DNA of 64,000 nucleotides from an uncultured Flavobacterium sp. (lineage in GTDB: Bacteria > Bacteroidota > Bacteroidia > Flavobacteriales > Flavobacteriaceae), in the NCBI GenBank assembly GCA_964413435.1, contig CAYPSB010000002.1:9189-73188 (forward strand). Reading direction: 5' to 3'. Every line of letters begins with the position of its first letter. The stretch's first letter is position 1. Shown here piece after piece: positions 38,973 through 48,687 of the stretch. The notes beneath the pieces were generated by a model that ran no database searches, was not told where the DNA came from, and saw nothing but the letters and a program-made list of their open reading frames with translations. The translations under genes and the position numbers were made by a program.

Positions 38973-39859
38973 GGTTTGGATTTGGGTTTAAAAAAGGCAT
39001 TGAAGACCACTTTGGTAAATGCTTCAGCTCCTGCTTTGTTCATGTGACCGCAAGTAGAGAAATACTTATCATCGGTAACCGCGTTTTCAAAATGGTATAT
39101 TTCAGGATACACCGAATTGATGTGGTTGAAATAATCCCGGTTGATGGTACTCATACACATGGGCGTTGTCATAGCAATCAGTCTGATGTTGTTGGCTTTA
39201 CAAATGGCTTTAATTTCTTCGTAAGCTACATTTTTTTTCGGATAATATTTTGATAAATCAGCCGGAATCATTTTACCACCGTGGGATTCCAAAGGGTGAA
39301 AACCGTCATTATCCAAATTATTCGTTCTCTTATGAACAAGTGAGGCGTACATTTCCCTAAACCCAACACGGGCATCGTAATGCAAATAACGATAGAATGG
39401 GATATACAGTAATTCGTAATATTCGGGTATCGATTTGTAATGATCGCGAATGATTTGTGACCGGTGCAAATAAGGCATGAACAAAGAACGAATCGCTTCC
39501 GAATGATCGTTGGTGTTGATGTTTAGATCTACCTGAAGAATAAGGGTTTTGATTTTGTAATGCCGTTCCATCATCAATTTCAGCATCAGGGCTGATTCTT
39601 CCAAACGGGAACGGGTAATACCAAAATTAAAGGTCTTATACCCGTAATCGTTGAATATTTTCGGTACAAAATGATTATTCACTCTGGAAGAACCTAGGAA
39701 AACTACATCGTAATTTTTATTTTTGGAATTATAGAGGTAATCAATTTTGGTTCTCGAATCCGATTGCAGATAAACAGTGGTATACAATACATCCAGCAGT
39801 CCCATAGTGAGCAGGAGCAAGGCCAAAGATTTGAGTATGAAAAAAAGAAACTGTTTCAT
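38969..39859 (-). CDS. membrane-anchored SGNH/DltD-like protein (MBOAT partner)
   Basis: 296 aa. N-terminal TM anchor, VVFLGSSRV (Ser block I-like), and C-terminal CGHMNKAGAEAFT (His block V-like). The ATG shares 1 nt with the MBOAT stop (TGATG). Confidence 0.75.
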   Translation of the reverse strand: MKQFLFFILKSLALLLLTMGLLDVLYTTVYLQSDSRTKIDYLYNSKNKNYDVVFLGSSRVNNHFVPKIFNDYGYKTFNFGITRSRLEESALMLKLMMERHYKIKTLILQVDLNINTNDHSEAIRSLFMPYLHRSQIIRDHYKSIPEYYELLYIPFYRYLHYDARVGFREMYASLVHKRTNNLDNDGFHPLESHGGKMIPADLSKYYPKKNVAYEEIKAICKANNIRLIAMTTPMCMSTINRDYFNHINSVYPEIYHFENAVTDDKYFSTCGHMNKAGAEAFTKVVFNAFFKPKSKP

Positions 39860-41292
39860 CAGAATTGAAAATAAATGAATTCTTTATAATCCGAAAACAC
39901 TCCCAATGCTAGGATAGCCGCCAAACACAGGCTCAATTTTAACCAACTGAATTGACCCGAAATCGGTTCTGTTTTTGTTCGGCTGTTCCATTCGGCCACT
40001 ACAAAGACAAGTATTAATGGTATTAATTCATAATTGTATCTCTCGATGGCAAAATACTGCTCAGAAAAAATACCGTTTTCAAACAATCTCTTGATGTATT
40101 GGTACGCATCGGTTATAGTTCTGGCTCTGAAAAATATCCAGGCCAAACACGTAAGCCCAAAGGTAATCAGTATATTAAATACAATGCGTGCCGAAGTTAA
40201 GTTCAGCCCTAAACTAAATTCTTCAAGGTTTTTCCGGTTTCGATTCAGTAGCAATAGCGGCAGGAAATACAAGGCATTTATAAATCCCCAAGCTATAAAC
40301 GTCCAGCTGGCGCCGTGCCAAAAACCACTTACCAAAAAGATGATAAAAGTGTTTCTGACTTTCAGCCACTTAGAACCTTTGCTGCCACCCAGCGGAATGT
40401 ACAAATAATCGCGGAACCAAGTGGTTAACGAAATGTGCCACTTGCGCCAAAACTCGGCTATATCTCTCGAAAAGTAAGGATAATTAAAGTTTTTCAGCAA
40501 ATCGATACCGAAGAGTTTCGAGGTACCTAAAGCAATATCGGAATAGCCCGAGAAATCGCCATAAATTTGGAACGCAAAATAAACGGCTCCCAATACCAAC
40601 GACAATGAATTCATGGAATGGTAATTGTCAAAAACTGCATTGGCATAAATGGCGCACGAATCGGCAATAACCACTTTTTTGACTAGGCCCCATACAATTT
40701 GGTATACCCCTTCTTTGGCTTTTTCAAAATTGAATTTACGTCTTCTTTTTACTTGTGGCAAAAGGTGAGTCGCCCGCTCTATGGGCCCGGCCACCAGCAA
40801 AGGAAAATAACTGACAAACAGGGAATAATCAACAAAGTTTTTTTCCGATTTGATTCTGCCGTAATAAATATCGATGATGTATGACAGGCCATGAAAAGTA
40901 TAAAAGGAAATCCCGACCGGTAGGATTAAATCCAGTAGAATCGGGCTGGCTTTCAGACCGAACGATTGCAGGACTTCGGCAAAAGACTCGGCAAAAAAGT
41001 TGTAGTATTTGAAAATACCGAGGAATCCAATATTGATGGAAATGCAGAGCCACAGCCATCTTTTTCGTTCGGATGGAGTAGTGCTCTTTTCAATTTTCAT
41101 TGCGGAAACATAGTCCAGCAAAGTAGAAAAAACCAATAGGAATAAAAACCGCCAATCCCAGCATGAGTAAAAGTAATAGCTGGCAAGGATGAGTATGTAG
41201 TTCTGATTGATTTTCGATTTATGCCCTACAAACCAATACAGTATAAAAACTATAGGCAAGAAAATGGCAAAATGAAACGAGTTGAAAAACAT
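39859..41292 (-). CDS. MBOAT family O-acyltransferase (AlgI/DltB type)
   Basis: 477 aa, polytopic. FWRKWHISLTTWFRDYLYIPLGGSKGS and SGFWHGASW signatures. Confidence 0.92.
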   Translation of the reverse strand: MFFNSFHFAIFLPIVFILYWFVGHKSKINQNYILILASYYFYSCWDWRFLFLLVFSTLLDYVSAMKIEKSTTPSERKRWLWLCISINIGFLGIFKYYNFFAESFAEVLQSFGLKASPILLDLILPVGISFYTFHGLSYIIDIYYGRIKSEKNFVDYSLFVSYFPLLVAGPIERATHLLPQVKRRRKFNFEKAKEGVYQIVWGLVKKVVIADSCAIYANAVFDNYHSMNSLSLVLGAVYFAFQIYGDFSGYSDIALGTSKLFGIDLLKNFNYPYFSRDIAEFWRKWHISLTTWFRDYLYIPLGGSKGSKWLKVRNTFIIFLVSGFWHGASWTFIAWGFINALYFLPLLLLNRNRKNLEEFSLGLNLTSARIVFNILITFGLTCLAWIFFRARTITDAYQYIKRLFENGIFSEQYFAIERYNYELIPLILVFVVAEWNSRTKTEPISGQFSWLKLSLCLAAILALGVFSDYKEFIYFQF

Positions 41293-41311
41293 AAATCAGT
41301 GGGCAAAATAT

Positions 41312-41339
41312 AGAAAAAGCCCGAAGCAAAGTTCAGGCT
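41312..41339 (-). terminator. rho-independent terminator after the LOG gene (upstream boundary of the MBOAT unit)
   Basis: Minus strand: AGCCUGAA-CUUUGC-UUCGGGCU (one G-U pair), then U5. Confidence 0.7.
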
Positions 41340-41346
41340 TTTGGTA

Positions 41347-42072
41347 TTAAAAGTTAGGGCTGAGGTTGTATTTTTTATAAAAGTTATCCAATACTTCTAC
41401 TACTTCGTCCTCAGTATCCACAATTTTTATCAGATTCATATCTTCCGGGTTGGCATTGTGCTCTCTTTCAATCATTACTGTCTTAATCCAGTCAATCAGG
41501 CCTGACCAAAATTCTCTTCCCACCAGTATGATTGGAAATTTACCAATTTTTTTGGTCTGAATCAAAGTAACAGCCTCGAACAATTCGTCTAATGTTCCGA
41601 AACCACCCGGCATTACCACAAAACCTTGTGAATATTTTACGAACATCACTTTGCGTACAAAGAAATAGTCGAAGTTCAGGTTTTTATCTTTGTCAATAAA
41701 CGGATTGTAGTGCTGCTCAAAAGGTAATTCAATGTTTAATCCTACCGAAGTCCCGCCACCGTTGTGTGCTCCTTTGTTTCCGGCTTCCATGATACCTGGG
41801 CCACCACCGGTGATGACACCGTATCCGGCTTTACTGATTTTGTAAGCTATTTTTTCAGCCAACAGGTAGTATTTATTGTCCGGTTTTGTTCTTGCCGAAC
41901 CAAATATGGAAACACAAGGCCCAATGCGCGCCATGCTTTCGTATCCGTTCACAAACTCCGACATGATTTTAAAAATCGCCCAAGAGTCGTTGGTTCGTAT
42001 TTCGTTCCAGGTTTTTTGTTTTAGTTTTTCCTGGATTTTATCATCTTCATTTAAAAATTCGTCTCTCATCAT
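41347..42072 (-). CDS. LOG-family (TIGR00730) nucleotide phosphoribohydrolase-like protein
   Basis: 241 aa with GGGPGIMEA and PGGFGTLDELFE motifs. Confidence 0.88.
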   Translation of the reverse strand: MMRDEFLNEDDKIQEKLKQKTWNEIRTNDSWAIFKIMSEFVNGYESMARIGPCVSIFGSARTKPDNKYYLLAEKIAYKISKAGYGVITGGGPGIMEAGNKGAHNGGGTSVGLNIELPFEQHYNPFIDKDKNLNFDYFFVRKVMFVKYSQGFVVMPGGFGTLDELFEAVTLIQTKKIGKFPIILVGREFWSGLIDWIKTVMIEREHNANPEDMNLIKIVDTEDEVVEVLDNFYKKYNLSPNF

Positions 42073-42112
42073 TATATTCTTTTTAATGTAATTTATGGTT
42101 AAAGCAAACGCG

Positions 42113-42120
42113 CAAAAATA
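42113..42120 (-). promoter_or_regulatory. -7 box (TATTTTTG on minus) for the LOG gene
   Basis: CAAAAATA on the plus strand, about 41 nt upstream of start 42072. Confidence 0.5.
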
Positions 42121-42179
42121 CTCTTTTTTTTATAATACCCTAACCAATATAACGGAATGTTTAATACGTTCAATATAGG

Positions 42180-43193
42180 TTAACGGGCAATCATTTTTCT
42201 CACATAAGGTTCTGCTTTCGCTGCTATGAAATAGGTGATTCCGCATAAAATAAGTATCGGAATAACAGGTAATAAAATAAAAGGGATACCTGTAAAGTTC
42301 TTGTCCAATTTAACAATCAGGGCTATCATTGCATTTTCATGAACCAAATACAACGGATAACTGATAAAACCCAAAAAAAGTAAAATGGAATTGGTAAAAT
42401 AAACTCGGAATCGTTCAAAATAAATAGGAACATAGAATAATGCCGCTAAGCAAATTCCGAATGCCAGTGTGCGATTTCCGGCTTTCATCATGTATAATTC
42501 TACTGCGGTTACGATGACAGCAAACAAAAAGTATTTCTGTTCTTGTGTTTTGAAAAACAAATACGCGGCACATCCGCCGGCAAACCACCCGTAATACTCA
42601 AGTGAGAGAAAATCAGAAACCGGCCAAAAATAGCTGTCCTGATGAGTATTGAGGTAGATAGAGGAGAGATATAAAAGGGTCAGGATGATTATAGCTTTGA
42701 ATTTATCCAAATAAAAATACAGTAAACCGAAGATTAAATAGAATTTTACTTCTACAAACAAAGACCAAAAGGCACCTTCCAAGGGTTGAATGGTATTGCC
42801 TGTTATTACCTTAATCCATAATGGGTCAATAAAAAATAACCCCGGAATCACCGACGATACATCCGGTTTTCCCATAGGTCTTTCATATAAAAGAAAAGCG
42901 GTGGTAAATACTAAAATAGTAGCAATCAGCATCCCCGGGAATAACCTTAGCCAACGTTTGTATAAAAAAGTGAGGATGTTTGTGTTTTTCTCCAGCGACA
43001 TTAAAATCACAAAACCCGAGATGAGAAAAAACAATTGCACCCCCAAATACCCATCTTTAAAAACAGGAAAGGAAGCGAATTGGTCACCATACGGAACAAC
43101 GGAAGTCCATCTGGAATAGGCGTGAAACAACACCACCAATAAGATTGCAACCCCGCGCAGTCCGTCTAAAAAATCAATTCTTTTTCCCTCCAT
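42180..43193 (-). CDS. acyltransferase-3 (OafA/YrhL-like) membrane O-acyltransferase
   Basis: 337 aa. RIDFLDGLRGVAILLVVLFH and about 10 TM segments. Starts 13 nt after the uvrA stop. Confidence 0.85.
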   Translation of the reverse strand: MEGKRIDFLDGLRGVAILLVVLFHAYSRWTSVVPYGDQFASFPVFKDGYLGVQLFFLISGFVILMSLEKNTNILTFLYKRWLRLFPGMLIATILVFTTAFLLYERPMGKPDVSSVIPGLFFIDPLWIKVITGNTIQPLEGAFWSLFVEVKFYLIFGLLYFYLDKFKAIIILTLLYLSSIYLNTHQDSYFWPVSDFLSLEYYGWFAGGCAAYLFFKTQEQKYFLFAVIVTAVELYMMKAGNRTLAFGICLAALFYVPIYFERFRVYFTNSILLFLGFISYPLYLVHENAMIALIVKLDKNFTGIPFILLPVIPILILCGITYFIAAKAEPYVRKMIAR

Positions 43194-43206
43194 ATTTGAC
43201 TGCGGA

Positions 43207-46038
43207 TTATGACAATTCTTTTTTCAAAAACTGAGCCGTGTAGCTTTTTTTATTTTTTACTATTTCTTCCGGAGTACCTTCAGCAACCACCTGACCGCCA
43301 CCTTTTCCACCTTCGGGACCAATGTCAATGATGTAATCCGCCAGTTTAATCACGTCCATATTGTGCTCGATGATCAAAATGGTATTGCCTTTGTCGACCA
43401 ATTTGTTAATCACATCCATCAACACACGGATATCCTCAAAATGGAGTCCGGTCGTAGGTTCGTCCATGATGTAGAGCGTATTACCCGTATCTTTTTTAGA
43501 CAATTCCGTTGCCAGTTTGATGCGTTGTGCTTCTCCGCCCGAAAGTGTCGTGCTTTGTTGTCCCAAGGTGATATAGCCCAAACCAACATCTTGAATCGTT
43601 TTGACCTTGCGGTAAATTTTTGGGATGTTTTCAAAGAAAGGCACTGCCTCATCTACAGTCATGTTCAATACATCCGAAATCGATTTGCCTTTGTAGCGAA
43701 TCTCCAGCGTTTCCCGGTTAAAGCGTTTGCCCTGACAGGTTTCACATTCCACATACACATCGGGTAAAAAGCTCATTTCAATGGTACGTACCCCCGAGCC
43801 TTCACAGGTTTCGCATCTTCCACCCGAAACATTAAAACTGAAACGCCCCGCTTTATACCCGCGAATCATGGCTTCCGGAGTTTGGGTATACAAACTTCTG
43901 ATTTCCGAAAATACATCGGTATAAGTGGCCGGGTTGCTGCGTGGTGTTCTTCCAATCGGACTTTGGTCAATATCGATAACTTTATCAATATGCTCCAAAC
44001 CTTCGATTTTCTTGTACGGCTGCGGTTTTTTTACCCCGTTAAAATAGTATTCGTTGAGTATCGGATATAAGGTTTCGTTTATTAAAGTCGATTTCCCGCT
44101 GCCTGAAACTCCGGTCACACAAATCAGTTTGCCCAAAGGTAGTTCAATTGAAACATTTTTCAGATTGTTTCCGGTAGCTCCTGTGAGTTTTAAAAACTTG
44201 CCGTTGCCTTCACGGCGTTTCTTCGGTACCTCAATCTGCATTTTGCCGTTGAGGAATTGCGCCGTAATCGTATTTTCTTTTAAGAGCTCTTTCGGTGTGC
44301 CTTTACTAATGATTTCACCGCCATGTTTACCGGCTTTCGGACCAATGTCAATCACATAATCGGCGCGTTCTATCATGTCTTTGTCGTGCTCTACCACCAA
44401 AACCGAATTCCCGATATCGCGCAACTGTTCTAACGAATGAATCAGTTTTTCGTTGTCTCTTTGGTGCAAACCAATGCTGGGTTCATCCAAAATGTACAAT
44501 ACACCTACCAATTGGGAACCAATTTGCGTGGCCAATCGGATGCGTTGCGCTTCACCACCCGAGAGCGATTTAGAACTTCGGTTCATCGACAGGTAATTCA
44601 AGCCTACATTCACTAGGAACCGCAAACGGTCTTTGATTTCCTTGACAATTTCGGAAGCAATAAGTTGTTGTTTTTCGGATAAATGTTGGTCTAAATCATT
44701 AAACCACGCCGATAAATCCGAAATATCCATAGTCGATAAATCGAAGATGTTTTTCTCGTGAATACGAAAATACAAGGCCTCTTTTTTCAGGCGCGAACCA
44801 TGACATTCCGGACATTCAATTTCATCCATGAATTCTTTTGCCCAGCGCTTGATAGAAGTGGAGCCGCTTTCGTCGTATTGGTTTTTGATGAAATTCGAAA
44901 TCCCTTCAAATTCAATTTTATATTCTTTGGTAATGCCCAAGGTTTTGGAGGCCACCGAAAACTTTTCCTTGCCACCGTTGAGGATGATTTCCATAGCTTC
45001 GGCCGGAATTTTTTCGATAGCGTCTGTTATCGTAAAGCCGAATTTTTCGCCTATGATTTCCAATTGCTTGAAAATCCACGAGCTTTTGTATTCGCCCAAC
45101 GGCGCGAAACCACCGGCTTTGATGGAAAGTTTCGGATTGGGAATTATTTTTTTCTGATTGATTTGATGCACGGTACCCAAACCTTTACATTCTTCGCAGG
45201 CGCCTTTGGGCGAGTTGAAGGAAAACAAATTCGGCTCCGGATTTTGGTAGGAAATCCCCGAAGTAGGACACATCAAATTTCGGCTGAAATAACGGACTTC
45301 ATTGCTGTCCTGATCCAAAATCATCAACACATTTTCGCCGTGGTACATGGCTGTCTTGATGCTTTCGGCCAAGCGTTTTTCATTATCTTCATTGGGCTCA
45401 ATGACCATCCGGTCTACAACAATTTCGATGTCGTGGGTTTTGTAACGGTCGAGTTTCATGCCCGGAACCAAATCTTGCACTTCGCCGTTTACACGAACTT
45501 TCAGGAATCCTTGTTTGGTAATTTGTTGGAACAATTCGGCATAATGCCCTTTTCGGGCGCGAATAATCGGCGCTAAAATATTGATACGTTTCCCGCTGAA
45601 ATTCTGAATAATCAAATCCTTAATTTGCTCATCCGAATACGAAACCATTTTTTCACCGGTCACATAACTGTAAGCTTCGCCGCCACGGGCAAAGAGCAAA
45701 CGCAAAAAATCGTAGATTTCGGTTATAGTGCCAACGGTAGAACGCGGGCTTTTGCTGGTGGTTTTCTGCTCGATGGCGATTACCGGAGAAAGGCCGTCAA
45801 TTTTATCTACATCGGGGCGTTCCAAACCACCCAAAAATTGTCGGGCATAGGCGGAAAACGTTTCGATGTATCGGCGTTGTCCTTCGGCATAAATAGTGTC
45901 AAAAGCCAAAGACGATTTTCCCGAACCCGAAAGGCCGGTGATGACTACCAGTTTTTCGCGCGGAATAGTGATGTCGATATTCTTCAGATTGTGAACTCGG
46001 GCACCGAGAACTTCAATGGTATTTTCTGTTTCAAGCAT
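43207..46038 (-). CDS. uvrA: excinuclease ABC subunit A
   Basis: 943 aa. Two ABC modules ([10 protein letters not shown] and [10 protein letters not shown], two LSGGEAQR signatures) and CxxC zinc modules. Confidence 0.97.
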   Translation of the reverse strand: MLETENTIEVLGARVHNLKNIDITIPREKLVVITGLSGSGKSSLAFDTIYAEGQRRYIETFSAYARQFLGGLERPDVDKIDGLSPVIAIEQKTTSKSPRSTVGTITEIYDFLRLLFARGGEAYSYVTGEKMVSYSDEQIKDLIIQNFSGKRINILAPIIRARKGHYAELFQQITKQGFLKVRVNGEVQDLVPGMKLDRYKTHDIEIVVDRMVIEPNEDNEKRLAESIKTAMYHGENVLMILDQDSNEVRYFSRNLMCPTSGISYQNPEPNLFSFNSPKGACEECKGLGTVHQINQKKIIPNPKLSIKAGGFAPLGEYKSSWIFKQLEIIGEKFGFTITDAIEKIPAEAMEIILNGGKEKFSVASKTLGITKEYKIEFEGISNFIKNQYDESGSTSIKRWAKEFMDEIECPECHGSRLKKEALYFRIHEKNIFDLSTMDISDLSAWFNDLDQHLSEKQQLIASEIVKEIKDRLRFLVNVGLNYLSMNRSSKSLSGGEAQRIRLATQIGSQLVGVLYILDEPSIGLHQRDNEKLIHSLEQLRDIGNSVLVVEHDKDMIERADYVIDIGPKAGKHGGEIISKGTPKELLKENTITAQFLNGKMQIEVPKKRREGNGKFLKLTGATGNNLKNVSIELPLGKLICVTGVSGSGKSTLINETLYPILNEYYFNGVKKPQPYKKIEGLEHIDKVIDIDQSPIGRTPRSNPATYTDVFSEIRSLYTQTPEAMIRGYKAGRFSFNVSGGRCETCEGSGVRTIEMSFLPDVYVECETCQGKRFNRETLEIRYKGKSISDVLNMTVDEAVPFFENIPKIYRKVKTIQDVGLGYITLGQQSTTLSGGEAQRIKLATELSKKDTGNTLYIMDEPTTGLHFEDIRVLMDVINKLVDKGNTILIIEHNMDVIKLADYIIDIGPEGGKGGGQVVAEGTPEEIVKNKKSYTAQFLKKELS

Positions 46039-46116
46039 AGCAATTTAGCAAAACGCAAAGGTAGTGTTTTGGATAGAATTTTTAAACAGCGTCCGGGAAG
46101 TTATTGTCAAAAAAGA

Positions 46117-47937
46117 TTAGTCAATAATCATTTCTCTCAGTTTGTGGCGATAGCTCTCCAGCACGTCAATTTTTGACAGAAAACCAAAGTATTTTCCTTT
46201 GTGAACCACCGGTAAAATAGCCGCTTTTGAACTTTCAAACAGCTTCATGATTTTTTCGGGTTTGTCTTCAAACAGGATGAATTCTTTAGGCTGGCTGATG
46301 AATTCACTCAGGGTCATGAATTTCACCGTATTCGGATTGAAGATAAAGGCTTTCACTTCATCAAAATCAATAATTCCCATCAGTGCTCTGTGCTCATCGA
46401 GTACCGGGATTATTTTTTGTTCGGTGGTGGCAAAAATGCTGACGACTTCAGTGGTCGAATCCTGTAATGAAAGGGTTCTGTAATTTTGCTGAACCAAATT
46501 GTAAAAATCAATGCTTTGCAGGATGTTTTTGTCTTTGTCGCTGGTAAATACATCTCCTTTATCGGCCAACGATTTCACATCCATGGAGTGTTTTTCAAAT
46601 TGTTTGGATACGGCAAAACTCACCGAAGACACGATCATCAGCGGCACCATCAAATCGTAGCCTCCGGTGATTTCTCCGATAAGGAAGATAGCCGTTAGTG
46701 GAGCATGAAACAAGCCACTAAGTATACCGGCCATCCCTACGATGGTAAAATTGGCAATGGGCAAATGATGCGTAAAGTTTAACAGATTGACCGTTTTGGC
46801 CACAAAAAATCCCAAATAGGAACCCACAAAAAGCGAGGGAGCAAAGTTACCTCCGTTTCCGCCACTGCCTAAGGTCAATCCGGTAGCGAAGGATTTTAAG
46901 AGCAGTGTAACTCCCACAAACAACAAAAGCACCCATTCGTTGCTCTTGAATTTTTCGAGCATGGTGTTGTCTAATAAAACGCCCGGATTTTTGGAAGCCA
47001 AGGTTTTGATGCTTTCGTATCCTTCACCAAAGAGTGTGGGGAAGAAGAAGATTAGAATAGCCAAAATGGATGCTCCGAACAATGCTTTTCGGTAGCCCTT
47101 GTTTTTGAAACTCCCGAAAAACTTTTCAATTTTCTGAAAATTCCGCGCGTGATAAATTGATGTCAAACCGGCCAAGATGCCCAAAAGCACATAATATGGG
47201 GTGTTGTGGTAATCAAACTTGAGGGTTTGTTCGAAATTCAATAACGTATCCCGACTCAAAACCACTGTAGAAATCAAGGCACCGGTGGCCGCGGAGATGA
47301 TAATCGGGATGAATGCCGAAATGCTAATATCGGTCAAAACCACTTCGATGGCAAACAATACCCCGGCTATGGGCGCGTTGAAGGCAGCACCGATACCGGC
47401 CGCCACACCACAAGCCAAAAGCAGAATCCGGTCTTTTTGTGATAAATGGTACTTCTGTGCAAAGTTAGAGCCAAAAGCAGCTCCGGTAACCACAATCGGG
47501 CTTTCCAAACCGGCAGAACCTCCGAGTCCTACGGTTAGGGAACTGGTTACGATTTGGGCATACATTTGTTTTTTGGGCATGATGCCGCCTTTTTTTGCTA
47601 CGGCATACAATACTTTGGAGCTTCCTTTTTCGATGTGATTGCCCAAAAAATTCCGGACCACGAAAACGGTCAGTAAAATCCCCGCAATCGGCAAGAGACT
47701 GTTGATGTAGGGAAGTTTTAAAAATACGTTGATATCATTAGCCAAAAGGAAAATGTTGTGGGCAAAACTCTTTAGCAAAATCACAGCGAACGAGCATGTA
47801 ATGGCCACGGCTACACAAGCAAAATAAATAAAGTTTCTTTCGCTCAACTTGTCTTTCAAAAGAAAAACCAAATGCTCGGCTCTCCTGAAAATACTTCTGA
47901 ATAAAATTTTAAAAAAGGAAGCTTTATTTGATGGCAT
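46117..47937 (-). CDS. ClC-family chloride channel/transporter with C-terminal CBS pair
   Basis: 606 aa. GLGGSAGLESP, GAAFNAPIAGVLFAIE and a CBS-like C-terminal region. Confidence 0.88.
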   Translation of the reverse strand: MPSNKASFFKILFRSIFRRAEHLVFLLKDKLSERNFIYFACVAVAITCSFAVILLKSFAHNIFLLANDINVFLKLPYINSLLPIAGILLTVFVVRNFLGNHIEKGSSKVLYAVAKKGGIMPKKQMYAQIVTSSLTVGLGGSAGLESPIVVTGAAFGSNFAQKYHLSQKDRILLLACGVAAGIGAAFNAPIAGVLFAIEVVLTDISISAFIPIIISAATGALISTVVLSRDTLLNFEQTLKFDYHNTPYYVLLGILAGLTSIYHARNFQKIEKFFGSFKNKGYRKALFGASILAILIFFFPTLFGEGYESIKTLASKNPGVLLDNTMLEKFKSNEWVLLLFVGVTLLLKSFATGLTLGSGGNGGNFAPSLFVGSYLGFFVAKTVNLLNFTHHLPIANFTIVGMAGILSGLFHAPLTAIFLIGEITGGYDLMVPLMIVSSVSFAVSKQFEKHSMDVKSLADKGDVFTSDKDKNILQSIDFYNLVQQNYRTLSLQDSTTEVVSIFATTEQKIIPVLDEHRALMGIIDFDEVKAFIFNPNTVKFMTLSEFISQPKEFILFEDKPEKIMKLFESSKAAILPVVHKGKYFGFLSKIDVLESYRHKLREMIID

Positions 47938-47984
47938 TAGAATCAGACTTTGAAAACGCTAAAATACGATAACAACCGTCAATT

Positions 47985-48569
47985 TTAAAGTTCGGCCAAC
48001 TTTTGTTGGCAATGTTTTCGCAATTCTTCAAAAAACTGCTTGAATTCGGTTTCAAATTCGACATAAAATTGCTGCAATTCTACGATAGATTCGTGCATGG
48101 CCACCCGGTTTTTGGTGCGGTGGTCCATTTGGAACATAATCATTTCTAAACCTTCAATAGTAGCGTAACTTACCAGCCAATTGCGGCCAATCATGTAAGG
48201 AAGCATTCCTTTGGCTTTCTCGGTGAGCAAATCGTGCTTGTCTTTCAGTAAGGAATAAAATGTTTCGGCATAAACTTCCAGTTTTTCATCGGAATACGTT
48301 TTCCAGTTTTTGGCCAAAAAATGATCATAAAAAATGTCCATAATCACACCCGAGTAATGACCGTATTTTTCGTGAAGTCGGTGCTTGCTTTGTCGGTAAA
48401 TAGGATGGAAATCCGTAAAACTGTCTATCGAGCGGTGAAGCAATATGCCTTTCTTAACGTCATCACTATACTTTTCATAACTGTGTCCGCGAATGCTGTC
48501 CGCCATGAAGTTTCCGATTTTTACCAAATCGTTTTCGCCGGAAAGGTAAATGTGAGCGAGGAAGTTCAT
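47985..48569 (-). CDS. acpH: acyl carrier protein phosphodiesterase
   Basis: 194 aa. MNFLAHIYLSG...GNFMADSIRG...LHRSIDSFTD is AcpH-like. Confidence 0.8.
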   Translation of the reverse strand: MNFLAHIYLSGENDLVKIGNFMADSIRGHSYEKYSDDVKKGILLHRSIDSFTDFHPIYRQSKHRLHEKYGHYSGVIMDIFYDHFLAKNWKTYSDEKLEVYAETFYSLLKDKHDLLTEKAKGMLPYMIGRNWLVSYATIEGLEMIMFQMDHRTKNRVAMHESIVELQQFYVEFETEFKQFFEELRKHCQQKLAEL

Positions 48570-48575
48570 GAGCCT

Positions 48576-48624
48576 AATTTAGGGAATTTAAATTAGAAAT
48601 TTTGAATTTTAAATTAGAATTGAA
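48576..48624. repeat. period-7 repeat (aatttag ggaattt aaattag aaatttt gaatttt aaattag aattgaa)
   Basis: Read directly. aaattag recurs at 21-nt spacing. Confidence 0.75.
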
Positions 48625-48637
48625 AAATGGCATTCTT

Positions 48638-48645
48638 TATATTTG
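48638..48645 (+). promoter_or_regulatory. -7 box (TATATTTG) for glmM
   Basis: 42 nt before the ATG at 48688. Confidence 0.5.
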
Positions 48646-48687
48646 TGAGCATTTAAAAATTAACATTCAAAACTTACACAATATACA

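Noticed and set aside
44758-45576. A 272-aa ORF on the plus strand inside uvrA. A neighbouring 183-aa ORF lies at 45625..46176 and a 134-aa ORF at 43363..43767.
   Set aside because: It is exactly antisense to a highly conserved uvrA reading frame. Its F/R/G/N-rich composition mirrors the K/E-rich sense codons. There is no promoter box or recognisable domain. It is a typical shadow ORF.
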